Below, one piece after another: positions 25,600 to 37,973 of a stretch of DNA of 64,000 nt. Below the pieces are notes generated by a model. The model ran no database searches and was not told the DNA's origin. It saw only the letters and a list, made by a program, of their open reading frames with translations. Origin of the DNA: Octopus sinensis (taxonomy: Eukaryota); contig NC_043000.1 in the NCBI RefSeq assembly GCF_006345805.1, positions 150,288,001 to 150,352,000 on the forward strand. The letters run 5' to 3'. Made by a program: the position numbers and the translations under genes. Each line of letters starts with the position of its first letter. Within the stretch, counting starts at the first letter, position 1.

Positions 25600-25964
25600 G
25601 CAGGAGTGGCTGGGTGGTAAGTAACCTGCTTACCAACCACATGGTTCTGGGTTCAGTCCCACTGCATGCCACCTTGGGAAAGTGTCTTCTACTATAGCCT
25701 TGGGCCGACCAAAGCCTTGTGAGTGGATTTGGTAGACGGAAACTGAAAGAAGCCTGTCGTGTGTGTGTCTGTGTTTGTCCTCCCAACATCGCTTGACAAC
25801 CGATGCTGGTGTGTTTACGTCCCCGTTACTTAGCGGTCTGGCAAAAGAGACCGATTGAAAAAGTACTAGGCTTACAAAGAATAAGTCCTGGGGTCGATTT
25901 GCTCGACTAAAAGGCGGTGCTCCAGCATGGCCACAGTCAAATGATTGAAACAAGTAAAAAAGAG
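25600..25964 (+). mobile_element. SINE family A
   Basis: Full copy. Confidence 0.9.
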
Positions 25965-26154
25965 AGGTACGAGCAAAGAAACAAGCCTGAAAGAACTGAA
26001 AGTGTTGGGGTAGCAGAGAACGATAGCAAGAAGCTAGACAAGAAGTTAGGTGACAGGGGCATTTAGCTTGGGGAGAGACAAAAAGCAAGATGTTTGTCAA
26101 TGTTCTGTGACATGAGAACCAGAGACATGAGGTGTTTCAGATAGCAAAATGGAT

Positions 26155-26548
26155 GGAAGCACTCCGTCGGTTATGACGACGAGGGTTCCGGTTGATCCGA
26201 ATCAACGGAACAGCCTGCTCGTGAAATTAACGTGTAAGTGGCTGAGCAGTCCACAGACACGTGCACCCTTAACGTAGTTCTCAGGAATATTCAGCGTGAT
26301 ATTCAGCGTGACACAGAGAGTGACAAGGCCGGCCTTTTGAAATACAGGTACAACAGAAACAGGAAGTAAGAGTGAGAGAAAGTTGTGGTGAAAGAGTACA
26401 GCAGATATCACCACCATCCCTGCCGGAGCCTCGTGGAGCTGTTAGGTGTTTTCACTCAATAAACACTCACAACGCCCGGTCTGGGAATCGAAACCGCGAT
26501 CCTACGACCGCGAGTCCGCTGCCCTAACCACTGGGCCATTGCACCTCC
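26155..26548 (-). mobile_element. SINE family C
   Basis: Reverse complement of 11840-12223; flanked by AGATAGCAAAAT duplication. Confidence 0.9.
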
Positions 26549-27420
26549 ACTTAAGATAGCAAAATAGTGTCTCAGAGAAAATCATAATATTGTAGGAGAG
26601 AAGCGTAAGCAGATGGATGATGGTACACTTGCACTTAGTCATTCTGTAAAGAAAGAGGCATGGAAGTACCACTATGAAAGGCAGCCAGATGTGGAGAATG
26701 CATGGAAGAAGGAGATTCTTCTTAATGTGGACCCAATAGAGACCAGCTATCCAAACTGATAGCAGGATGATAGATAAAGCAATTAAAAATATGAAGACAG
26801 AGAAAGACCCAAGCCCATCAAGAATTACAACTAAGATGATTAAAATATCTGGCAGCCTCATCATCTGTATAGTTCACTAGGGTGTTCAGGAAGGGATCAT
26901 ACCCAATGACAGGTGTGGCAGCATTATAGTCAACTGCTGCAAAGGTAAAGGAGATGCCTTAGACAAAAGTAATTACAGTGGTATCAAACTGCTGGACAAG
27001 GTCATGAAAGTTACAGACGGGATCATAGCACAACTAATTAATAAGCAAAGTAACCTTGATGAGATCCAGTTTGGTTTTATATCAAAGAGAAGCATTACTG
27101 ATGCTATCTTCCTAGTAAGGCAACTGCAGAAGATGTATTTAGCCAAAAATAAACTACTGTACTTGGCATTTGTCAACATAGAGAAAACCTTTGACAGGGC
27201 TCCTCACACTCCAATCTAGTAGTTGCTGCAGAAGCTAGGAGTAGATGAGAGGCTGGTAAGAGTCATCCAAGCCATGTTCAGGGATGCTGTTAGTAAGATG
27301 AAAGTTAGCAATGAGTATAGCAATGAATTTAATGTGCAAGTAGAGTTCACCAAGGCTTGGTTCTCAGCCTCCTCTTATTTATCATAATCCTCCAGGCCCA
27401 TAACAAAAGAATTTAAAACC

Positions 27421-27577
27421 GGAGTGGTTGGTGTTAGGAAGGGCATCCAGCTGTAGAAACTCTGCCAGATCAGATTGGAGTCTGATGCAGCCATCTGGCT
27501 CGCCAGTTCTCAGTCAAATCATCCAACCCATGCTAGCATGGAAAGCGGACATTAAACGATGATGATGATGATGATGA
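27421..27577 (+). mobile_element. Family E 3' tail abutting the RTE RT
   Basis: GTTAGGAAGGGCATCCAGCTGTAG...CCCATGCTAGCATGGAAAGCGGACATTAAAC(GAT)n. Confidence 0.8.
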
Positions 27578-28942
27578 TAACAACAAACTGAAGGCTATTA
27601 TTGAAGCAGACCTATGCAAAACAAAGAAGTTGCAAATGGATTTAACATCTATCATTCCACAATTGTTTGATATTTGCTCAATACACAAAAATAGAAGATG
27701 GAGAAACGGATGTCACACAAGAAGGACAAAGTATTTTTAAAAATAACCATTATGGAGTCTGCTCTGGACTTCTTTTGTACAAGAAAATTTATCCATTTTC
27801 TGATCACAATGTGATATGTGACAAAAATAGATTCTATACAGCTAACAGTCTTCCATGCAGTGTCTGGAATGCTGTCAATTGTTCATTTTGGGAAAGTATT
27901 TTGGTAAAGCATCAAAATACTTCCTCAAGCTGAAAGAAGGTTATGGTCACTATTTGAATCATCTACTATTATTTCTTAAATTCCATGGAAACCATTATCT
28001 CAAAGAAGTATTGTTAGGAAATTGACAAGCTGCATCAAGAACTGTAATGTTTACATCCAACATTGGTCAGTCACAAGTAATTCTTCAGAGACTGGACAAA
28101 ATGAACTATGAAACACTACTTTACCCAAGGATTAGGCTTCTTTCAGTTTCTGCCAGCCAAATCCACTTACAAAGCTTTGGTTGACCTAGGACTAAAGTAG
28201 AAAACACTTACCCAAAGTGCTGTGTAGTAACAATAAACCCAAGATCACACGGTTGGGAAGCAAGCTTCTTTTCCTCACCACACAGTCGCACCTGTGCCTA
28301 TAGGTATGTCAGTGCACACACACACACACACACACATTCAACTTATGCAATAGAAGCAACTATGGATTAAAATCTTTATCTACAAGACATACTTTAGTGT
28401 ATGTATATTGTTGAAAAACGAGATACTGCAATGCTCTTGGGAAAAAGTCTTTTTATAGAAAATCACAATATACTTGAGAGCTATATAAAACAATGCACAT
28501 TTATCACTCTCACGGAAGTAATCGCAAGAGTGAAAGGTGTGCCTTTCACTGCTTTTGTGGCTTATCAATGCTAAACCCTTGGGTTCACTTCCAACATGAA
28601 TTCACCTTACTCAGTCTAAAATATATAGAAACAGTAGAATAAACAATGGAAAATGATTTGCAAAGAGGCTGCTAGGCCATGCCTGTCACTAAGAAGCTGC
28701 ACTGGATGGCATTGTCCCTTCACTATTCAATGGTGTGCCTTCAGATTTTGAAAATACAGTCTACAAAAATCTTCCCACAATACAAATTAGTGCTCACCCA
28801 GAATATCCTGAAACACCTACCAAGCACCAAAGTCTGCCAATGGGTTTGTGCTAGGCTGAATAAAATTCGTCTTGTACTAAATGTCTGGAGCTAAGAAAAA
28901 TATCAAATATAATAGTTGAAAATACATATTATCAATTCTTAC

Positions 28943-29014
28943 CTCATTTTTAAGACATTTGTTCAAAGCATGGTCTAAATCATTACAGACACCTAAGAAC
29001 TTTTTCCAAGGGTT
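28943..29014 (-). CDS. CMC2: CMC2 coding exon: NPWKKFLGVCNDLDHALNKCLKNE
   Basis: TTTGCAG|...GAG|GTAAGA; 72 nt; second CX9C motif; resembles human KFFGYCNDVDRELRKCLKNE (from memory). Confidence 0.95.
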
Positions 29015-29405
29015 CTGCAAATTAAATAATGGTTTATTCCAATTATTATCACTAATAAACTGTTTTTAAACCAAACTTATATTCATCCATTCATTATATT
29101 TTCTTTAATTTGAATTCAATGAACTAGATAAAAATAGAAAAACTTCAAAAATTTCTTTTGAAAATCAAAGTACAATGAATGATTCTTTAAAGCTAATTAA
29201 CACAAATGGTCATAAAGTACATTTGGCATAAACTTAATAAAAAATTTAAAAACTTGTTATAGTTTGTTCTAAGAAGGAAATCTGCCTGAGTTCCATCAAT
29301 TACAATGTCCCAAAACTGCATAATCAAAATTCATATACTTAATAGAAAACTCAGGAATATACTATTTCTGTTTTATATCTATTTTGATATGCTATCATAT
29401 TAGAT

Positions 29406-29622
29406 ACTCTTTTACTTGTTTCAGTCATTTGACTGAGGCCATGCTGGAGCACTGCCTTTAATCGAGCAACTCGACCCCGGGACTTATTCTTTTGTAAGCC
29501 CAGTACTTATTCTATTGGTCTCTTTTGCCGAACCGCTAAGTGACAGGGACATAAACACACCAGCATCGGTTGTCAAGCAATGTTAGGGGGACAAACACAT
29601 ACACACAAACACACACATGCAC

Positions 29623-29655
<33 letters not shown>

Positions 29656-29820
29656 TACGACGGGCTTCTTTCAGTTTCCGTCTATCAAATCCACTCACAA
29701 GGTTTTGGTCGGCCCGAGGCTATAGTAGAAGACACTTGCCCAAAGTGCCACGCAGTGGGACTGAACCCGGAACCATGTGGTTGTAAACAAGCTACTTACC
29801 ACACAGCCACTCCTGCGCCT
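29406..29820 (-). mobile_element. SINE family A
   Basis: Full copy. Confidence 0.9.
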
Positions 29821-30562
29821 ATAATATTTTACTAATAAATATGTTCCTTTTGCATACTGTTAAAGCAAATGATTTTCTAATTGGATGCCCTTCTTGTAAT
29901 TAATCACTCATTTATGAAGAACTGGAACCCTGTTTACCAACCAAAGTGAAGCACACACAGGCTTTTCTCATATCAATTTTAGCCTCAGCCTGGTTTTAAC
30001 AGAGCTTGAAAATCTACTCCTAACTTTCACAATATCCACATTTTCCAAAGCAATATATGCTAAGTAAGGTCAGTAATCTTTTACCAAAACCTTAGGAAAT
30101 AATATAAAATATATATAAAATATATAATTTAGAAATGGACAGGTGTCTTCACTACAGCCTCAGACAAGGTACTGTTATAGGAGTGGAAGAGAAGTAGCCT
30201 GTAACGTGTGTGTGTGTGAGTGTGTGAGAGAGAGAGAGAGAGAATTACGTTTTCTATGTTATTAACACTGAGCAAAAAGCTGTGTCTCTGCTTACAATCT
30301 CAGGTGGCCAAATGTCCCTTATTCCCAGTTTTCATTCTATCTTCTACCTTTGAAAGCAAGTTAACATTAGCATCCAAATATAGAAAATCTATCTCGATAA
30401 TTTTCATCTAACACTTGTCAACATGAAAAAAAAAACAATGTAAAATCAAACAAATGGACAAAACTCAACAGAAACAAGTTCTTAGTGTTTGTAAATAGCT
30501 TTAAAAATCAATTACATAATGACAGGAAACTAAAAAAAAATTATCCAAGATTTAATTTTTAC

Positions 30563-30643
30563 CTCTTGGTGACACACTTTGAGGGCATAAATAATGTCAT
30601 TACACTCTCCTGTGTGAAGATGTGTGGACAGATCAGGATGCAT
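30563..30643 (-). CDS. CMC2: CMC2 first coding exon: MHPDLSTHLHTGECNDIIYALKVCHQE
   Basis: ATATCAG|ATG...GAG|GTAAAA; 81 nt; CX9C motif; N-terminus matches the conserved CMC2 MHPDLSPHLHTEEC. Confidence 0.95.
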
Positions 30644-30913
30644 CTGATATAAATACAGAAAGGGAAGGATGTGTTTGTTAAATATTTGTTGTCTGCTGAT
30701 GTTAGGAAATTTTGTAACATTTTGATAGCATATTAAACAGAGACAATTTGAATGCAATTACAAAACATTTAAATTCTAAAATCAATTTTAATAGTCAGAT
30801 ATTCTGGTATTTTCTTGTAGCAAACTATTTAAGCATTATGCAAATAAAATAATCTTCTACACTTAGACAGAGAACTAAGACTCACACCTGTTATTAACTA
30901 TGAAGATCTTTAA

Positions 30914-31015
30914 TCCTTTAGCATTTAAACCAGTCGTAACTGGTCCAAATAATCTACCTGTTTTATGTCCAAGCCAGACAGGTCTGGCTTCTCACATCTA
31001 CCGTACAATGACAGT
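30914..31015 (-). mobile_element. piggyBac-type MITE end (family of 60834-61052)
   Basis: TTAA|TCCTTTAGCATTTAAACCAG...CTGTTTTATG..CTCACATCTACCGTACAATG matches the reverse complement of 60950-61052. Confidence 0.55.
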
Positions 31016-32063
31016 TTGAAAATAGATTATCCAACAAGTGCATTTAGATGGTAGCTTGACCTGCAGAAAATAGTAGGAAAATCTCCCAGAAATCATACAC
31101 TGTACCATTTTTAATATGAAAGGATACACTGAATAGTGTAGTCCTAGACACATCATCTGAAAAAAAAATGGGATCGTCATAGTTGGAATGCTTTTGATCA
31201 AAGGTATAGCTGTTCAGATCTGACCTAAGATTAAACAACAAAATTTAATCTCAAAGAATCAAAACTGTCATAGATTTATTATTGCTTGTTCACACTTTTT
31301 CGAAATCAGTGATGTATTTGCATTAGGACCCCTTCGCATCAAAGACCGGTGATTGTCATGTGCTGACAATGGGTAAATACCCAGAAACCCGGGTCCATGC
31401 GTATCGCGTCAGGTCGACGATGGGAAGGATGGCTTCCCTTTGCAAATACTGATAGGGCACAGAAAGTGTGTCAATAGCCAGCTGGAGAAGATGTTCTCCT
31501 GGGGCTACAAGCTACAGTAGCATCCACACTTAGTGGTTAGCCACATTTAAGTGACAAATATATTTCACAAGGTGAGGACAAATATCTGTCAAATATAAAT
31601 AATGTAAAAAAATGGAGTTGCCCACAAAAGATCAAGAGGCAGCTAAAAAAAAATGTGATTAGAAAGATTGATAAATCACAATCATCCCTGATGAAGGGTA
31701 AAATGGGTTTGAGATGGGTACAATTACCAAATAAGGAAGAAATCATGGTAGCAGCATATAAAAAATACAATAAATACCTGGATGGAGTTATTAAGCCGCA
31801 CCATAAAACACATGTATATAATAACAGAATTAATAATAATGTAAATAATGTTAATATAGTAGAGCTGAAAGAGAGACAAAAAAAAGACATTGTGGAAGTG
31901 AGGGATCTTCCTAAAATATTCAACCTGCAGATTGAACCATTTTTAGATGAAAAGAAAGAGGAAGAGGGGATGGTCCCAGTGGTACTAATGACTATCCCAC
32001 TTGAAAAAATGAAATGAGCAAGGTAAGCTCTGAATTTTTCTTCCTTTTTCTCCTTAATATGAC

Positions 32064-35000
32064 ATGGCTTCACTACGTATTGGCTATCTGAATGTGCGTG
32101 GCTTGGGGTCGAAGAGGAAGCAGGCTTGTTTCCTTGACGACCTCAGGACACTAAAGAATAGATGTGATGGTTGCTACAGAGACCAAGTTGGGCAAGCTGC
32201 AGGCTTTCTCACCTCTCCTGGTCGGCTATGAGAAATCATGTTTCCTAGTCGGACCTGAGGAGGAGGAGGGGTCGTAGTTCTGATCCAGAAAAACTTGGCT
32301 CTGCAGACTCACACAATCTTTGTGGACCCAGAAGGCGAGTCGGTCATTCTGGATCTGACTTTCAGAGGTAGGGCCTTCAGGTTGGTTGGCATTTATGCGC
32401 CTAATGCAACAGGCAAACGGAATGAGTTCTACCAACGTCTGGAGAATTTCCTAGAGACGTCGAAGACTTTATTTGTGTTTGGTGACTTTAATGCTATTTT
32501 CGATGCATGCATGGATAGCGTTGGCTTGAACAATAAGAAATGTGACTCACGCCTTGTCAATCTGCTGAAGCAATTTAGGCTGGCAGATCGATTCAGACTT
32601 GATAATCCAAACATGCCAATGTGGACATGGATGAATCATGATGGATCAATCAGGTCTTATATAGATAGGATTTCAGTTAATGCTAGAGATAAGTCTAGTG
32701 TTAGTTGTCCACAGTTTACCTATGTACCCTACAAAGATCATAAATTAGTGACGTGTAGGGTGTATATAGATAAGGTTCACAGTCAGGGATCTGGCTACTG
32801 GAAGTTGAACAAGTCCCTATTGGATTGTGAAGCTTACTGTAGCCAGATTAAGGTGTTAGTTATGAGGACACTAACCAGCACTGTGTTAAATAACTGGTGG
32901 TGGAGTGCCCTCAAAAGAGCCATTTGTATTGAGTCAACTAGATTTAGCAAGCAGCTAAGTTTAGAGCAGACTAGAGTAGAATGGGATTTAGTCAAGGCAT
33001 TAGAAGAGGCACTGAGAGTGGGCTCTGCACCCCAAGTTTTGGCAGCGAGATCAGGCTTGGACCGACACCTCAATGCCAAACACAAAGGATGCAGAGTTTG
33101 GGCTAAAGTACATGCACTGGGTCGCGAGAATATCAACGTAGCCAGGTGGGCTCGCTCAGTAGAAACCCAACGTGGCATGGATGCTACGATGAGGTCTGTG
33201 GTTAACGAACAAGGACAGGAAGAGATGTGCAAGGCCTTTCATGAGCACTTTGCTGCAATGTTCGGGTGGGGCAGGACGTTAGCCCATGGAGATACCCTAT
33301 GGGATTTCCTGGCTGGTAGCCCATGACTTTCGGCACACAATGCTGAGTGCTGTGAAGGGCCAATCATGGCCAAGGAGGTTATAGAGGTGCTTTCCGAGTG
33401 GTCCCAGGACAAGTTGCTGGGATTGGATGGTCTAACTTACAAATTTTTTAAGAGTATGCCAGACTTGTTTGGGAACATACTAGCCAGTGTTTACGTGAAT
33501 TGGCAGCAGAATGGGAGAATTCTCAAGTCTGTGAGCCGAGGAGTTAGGAAAGAGCCGAGCAAGAGGGATAACATAAGTAGTTTTAGGCCAATAACTCTGC
33601 TAAACACAGAGTTAAAGATTTTGGCCAAGGTGTTAGCCAAGAGAATGAGAATTGTCTTAGGCGACCTGGTGGGAGAGGCGCAGACATGTGCCATCCCAGA
33701 AAAGATGATGTTCAACAACCTTCATCTCATATGCTACACCATAGAGAGAGTGGGTAAAGTTCCTGGTAAGGTGGGGCACTGGTGCATTTAGACCAGTCTA
33801 AGCATTTGATAAGGTCGACCATCAGTAAGTATCTGGATCTGGCAGCGGTCCCCTGGGCAGTCTGGGTGAATGGGTTCTTCTCGAGCCCATTTGTGATTGA
33901 ACATTCAGTTCGCCAGGGCTGCACCTTGTCCCCGCTCCTGTAAGTGCTGGCTCTTGAACCACTACTGTGGAGATTGGGGACGTTGGGGGAAGACCCACAT
34001 GATCTATGTTATGATAGAAGTGTAACGGCATATGCAGATGATGTTACCATCATCATGTCTGATGAAGGGCAGCTACCTCATGTAGAAGACGCTGTCAAAG
34101 ACTACAAAGCGATGGCAGGGGCAGAAATTAACCAAGAAAAATCAGTCGACTTGCAACTCAGCATCTGGTGTGGCAAGTCGATGCCTCCTGATAGTGTCGT
34201 CGGATGTTGGACAGAGGGTCTGGTTAAGCTGCTCAGGGTCTGGTTTGCATCAGATCTCCAAGTGGAGAAAAACTGGAGTGAGGTGACAGCCAAAACCCAG
34301 ACCTGGTCTGGAAGGATGTTATCCTTGCTAGGAAGGGCTGAGGTTACACAGGTGTTTATAGCATCTGTGATAACCTACTGCCTAACCATCATGTCTTGCC
34401 CAGGTTTGTGGCTGAACAAGCTGGAAAGGATCCTTTTCCACTTTTTGTGGAAGGGGAAACCACCACTTGTGAGGCGCTGCATTTGTTGTCAGAAACTGTT
34501 AAAGGGTGGAATGGGATTGCCTTGGCTGATGATGGGCAAATGAGCGTTGAGGCTGAGACACCTCTGGCACTACCTGGATGGTGAGCAGGTGTGGTCACCA
34601 CATACTAAGCAACTTTTTCCACAATTGGAGGCTTTTCAGGACTTAGGCACATGGATCAGGCAGAGGCCTAAGATGGGGGAATGACAGAGAGAGTGCAGAC
34701 AAGCACTCAATCTGTTCTCCCGGGTGAGCAGTACCGGCAGTGAGGTTACCACTGCAGATTTTTATAGAGGGTTGGTAGAGTGTAAGTCTGACGACGTCCT
34801 GGGGGTGACTCTGGGCTTTGATGACGAACAACTTGGTTGTGCTATCGTTCGGCTTTACCAGTTCAGGAGAGGTTGTCCGGACACGGTTATAAGACCCCCA
34901 CCCATATCCGAGTGAAACTGTTGCACACGCCTTCGTACATTGTGGGGAGTTGAGGGGATTGGTGACCTATGTCGAACAACTAATGTCAGATGGGGAAAGA

Positions 35001-35500
35001 GTACGACTCTCAACTGAGTCCATAGTTAAGAGTGTACAGCCTCCCCACTTCAACAAGGAAAAGAAGGCAGCCTTTTTCTGCGTAGTAGCCATACTGAAAG
35101 AGACAGCGTAGCAAACAAGAGCAAAAGGGACAGAGACAGGTCACTTCATCTCCGGACAGGGGTTGGAAAGTTGGTTCAACTTCCACCTCGTGAGGAAGAT
35201 CCTTCTGGAGAGAAAGTACCTGCCTCATAGCGTGTATGAGAAAAGATGGGAAAATGTAGTAAGAAAGTTGCGTGTGCATGAGGCCATGCTGGTGTAGCCG
35301 GTCAATGAAGAAAAAGAAGGAAAACAAATTGTCTCGGCCAAATAACAAAGAAAAAAATGAAGTTTCAAAACTGGACAGGTTGGAATAGTACCCGGAGAGA
35401 AAGTTATATAAAATTTATTTTTAACTATACATTCATTAAAAATTTTAAACCGTATCGTTTTTATCATCCTGATCCTCATATTGTAATCACAACAGCATGC
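32064..35500 (+). mobile_element. Tx1/L1-clade LINE ORF2 (APE-RT-CCHC), frameshifted; antisense in CMC2 intron 1
   Basis: ATG 32064 MASLRIGYLNVRGL; GIYAPN, GDFN, IDRI, DHK (APE); FRPITLLNTELKILAK, AYADDV (RT); ETVAHAFVHC; stop near 35296. Confidence 0.9.
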
Positions 35501-35524
35501 CCCCCCCCCCGTAAGACTGTTCAT

Positions 35525-35759
35525 TGTTATTTCTTTATTGCCCGCAAGGGGCTAAACATAGAGATGACAAACAAGGACAGACAAAGGGATGAAGTCGATT
35601 ACATCGACCTCAGTGCGTAACTGGTACTTTATTTATCGACCCCGAAAGGATGAAAGGCAAAGTCGACCTCGGCGGAATTTGAACTCAGAACGTAGCGGCA
35701 GACAAAATACCGCTAAGCATTTCGCCCGGAGTGCTAACGATTCTGCCAGCTCACCGCCT
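35525..35759 (-). mobile_element. SINE family B
   Basis: Full copy. Confidence 0.9.
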
Positions 35760-36239
35760 TCAAAGACTGTCCATTGTTTGTCCCCGACCCCTCCTTGTTA
35801 TATGTATATATGCCATTATAGGTAATTAAAGAAATCATTCAGTGCCTGTTGATTCTTCAACATGCATTGGGTCAGGCCGCCGCACTTTACGCCAACTCCC
35901 GTTCGCCTTTCTTATTTCCTTGGAGACATGTGACTGCAACCAGAACATATTCATGTTATGCTATAAGCTTCCTTCAATTAACGCATTACCTCCAATAATA
36001 AAAGTTATGACTTATTACAAGAGCATCGTGAATTCTATTCTCTTGTTGTTGTTATGAGCAAAAACAGTGACTCCCTTTTCTCTCATACTGACTAAATTAT
36101 AGTGTGTCATAAAGTCAACGTTACCACCATAAATGGATAACCCTGACACCACTATAACTCGATATGAGTAGAAGTCTGCTCTAACCTGTTGGAAGAGTTT
36201 GAAGCCAATGAAGACATATTCCCCCCCCCCCAATCTAGA

Positions 36240-36495
36240 GACAGGGATAAAATATGGGCGTAACTTTATGACCCAGAAACGAAGGGTTAGTCCATGGGAA
36301 TAGCGTCACATTTCTTCTCCAAGCCCTGAAAGGTTCAAGAGTCAACGATCAGCACAGCAAGTCATAGTGATTGTGTTTTGGGGAAATCAAAGGTGTCATT
36401 TTTGATTTTCTGGAATATGGTTGTTCCACGAATAGCGTGTGGGTACACTGATACACTAAAAAGCTTAGAGAAACCATTAAAAGGAAGAGACCTTA
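36240..36495 (+). mobile_element. Mariner transposase central fragment
   Basis: Frameshifted TGDK.W..YDPETK...FKSQRSAQQV.V.VFWG...DFLE.G...LRETIKRKRP. Confidence 0.75.
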
Positions 36496-37001
36496 ACCGA
36501 TGACTTCAAGCATAAAACTCTAAACCAGTCCTAGCCAATGACACATATCATAAAGTGTACTTAATTTTATTGAATCGAAACGTCTTCTATTTGTTTCGAA
36601 AATGTTTTTGTTTCAGATCGTAAACTCTGAAATTCTCGGTTAAACCTATTAATTCAGGAAGACCGTCCTCGATAGCCTTTGGCGGAGGTAAAGAATACGT
36701 ACAACACCCGTTTTCGGCGTTACAAAAACCCTAACCCTACACACCGGGTGTACGTATTCTTTACATTCGCCCATTAGTTTGACCTTCCTCGTTTTATTAT
36801 ATGCACATGGCTTGGTTGTTGCTCACCACCAGTATGTCATTAAGTGGAAATAACTCTGGTAAACATCTTAAAAGGCATTAAAAAAAAGGTCTACTGTAAA
36901 TATATCACATTAATAGCATTAAAGAATATATATATATAAATATATATATTTAAGTAGTTGAATGAATTATCTTATTAAGGATAATTCGAATTAACCGTTA
37001 C

Positions 37002-37450
37002 CTGGGTAGCAAATTCACATCAGAAAAAACACGGTTGAAGTTACGTACCTAGGGCATAGGTTACGTGCTTTCGTGTGGGAATTTGTATGTTTATTTTAAA
37101 AATATACATATATGAAAGAATGGAGCTGAACGACGAATTAACAAAATTCCTTTATTTTCGACATATGTTTCAAAGGCTGCATATTCCTAATTGCGAAGGA
37201 ATAAGGGGTGCATTATGCCGCTTTCTCATCAGGAACAGCAAGGAACTTATGTCAACATCAAAATGCACAAAAAACTTTTAGATATATATATATTTACTTA
37301 TATATCGTAAAATACATTCATGCACCGTGAAGGAAATTGTGCCGATTTGAGCAAGGCCGCCTCTAATTCAAAGTAAACGTTTATTATATGCTATGGTATT
37401 GAATACAATTTCATACTTTCGCAACATTAAATGACGAACTTATATAATAA
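37002..37450 (-). promoter_or_regulatory. CMC2: Putative CMC2 promoter and non-coding exon 1 (donor at 37001)
   Basis: Locally CpG-retaining, repeat-free stretch; donor CCCAG|GTAACG; the first coding exon starts with ATG right after an acceptor, so an upstream exon is required. Identity inferred. Confidence 0.4.
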
Positions 37451-37973
37451 AAATTTTAGCTCAATATATTCTATAATTGTTACATAAACTATAGCAAAAC
37501 ATATTAATAATGAAAAAAACGCAAATAGCTTCTGTAATCCTATTAATAATTGGAGAGAAAAAATATTTCCTTTTACTAATTACGGATGAATGAAAACGTA
37601 GATCGATGTTTAATTGTGTTTTAAATTAAGTTACTTACTTCATTAAATGTTCTGGTCCGCAATTAATTTCACTTAATTAAATAAGACAGTAGTTTAATGT
37701 GCTTGAATCAGTTCATAACTTTCTGGTGCTTCCTGAGAAATTAACTACCAAAAGCCTTATGTTAACAGGAGGTGGTTAATTGGAAAAGCGCCAAGTTTTT
37801 AGTAATCTAAACACATTTAAAAAGCGGGACTGAAATTAGTAAACAGATGCTTCGACGAGAAAATAATAATAATGAGACGAGGAAAGGTTTTTTTGTTCAA
37901 GGGGGACAACTCAGATGACTATTATCATTTCAATGTCAAATATAGAACTTCTTTTTCTTTTGATACTCTAATG

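Larger units (their letters stand above)
25320..27420 (+). mobile_element. Degenerate RTE-clade LINE (linker plus RT N-half), interrupted by two SINEs
   Basis: QFGFISKRSITDAIFLVRQLQKMYLAKNKLLYLAFVNIEKTFDR (RT region); RETWKLKDP linker. Confidence 0.85.

Noticed and set aside
11827-26570. Both family C TSDs contain GATAGC (target preference?)
   Set aside because: The elements are in opposite orientations, so the motif is not in the same strand context, and n=2.
31537-32073. 178-aa hydrophobic minus-strand ORF as a membrane protein
   Set aside because: It is the expected antisense shadow of the K/E/N-rich plus-strand frame.
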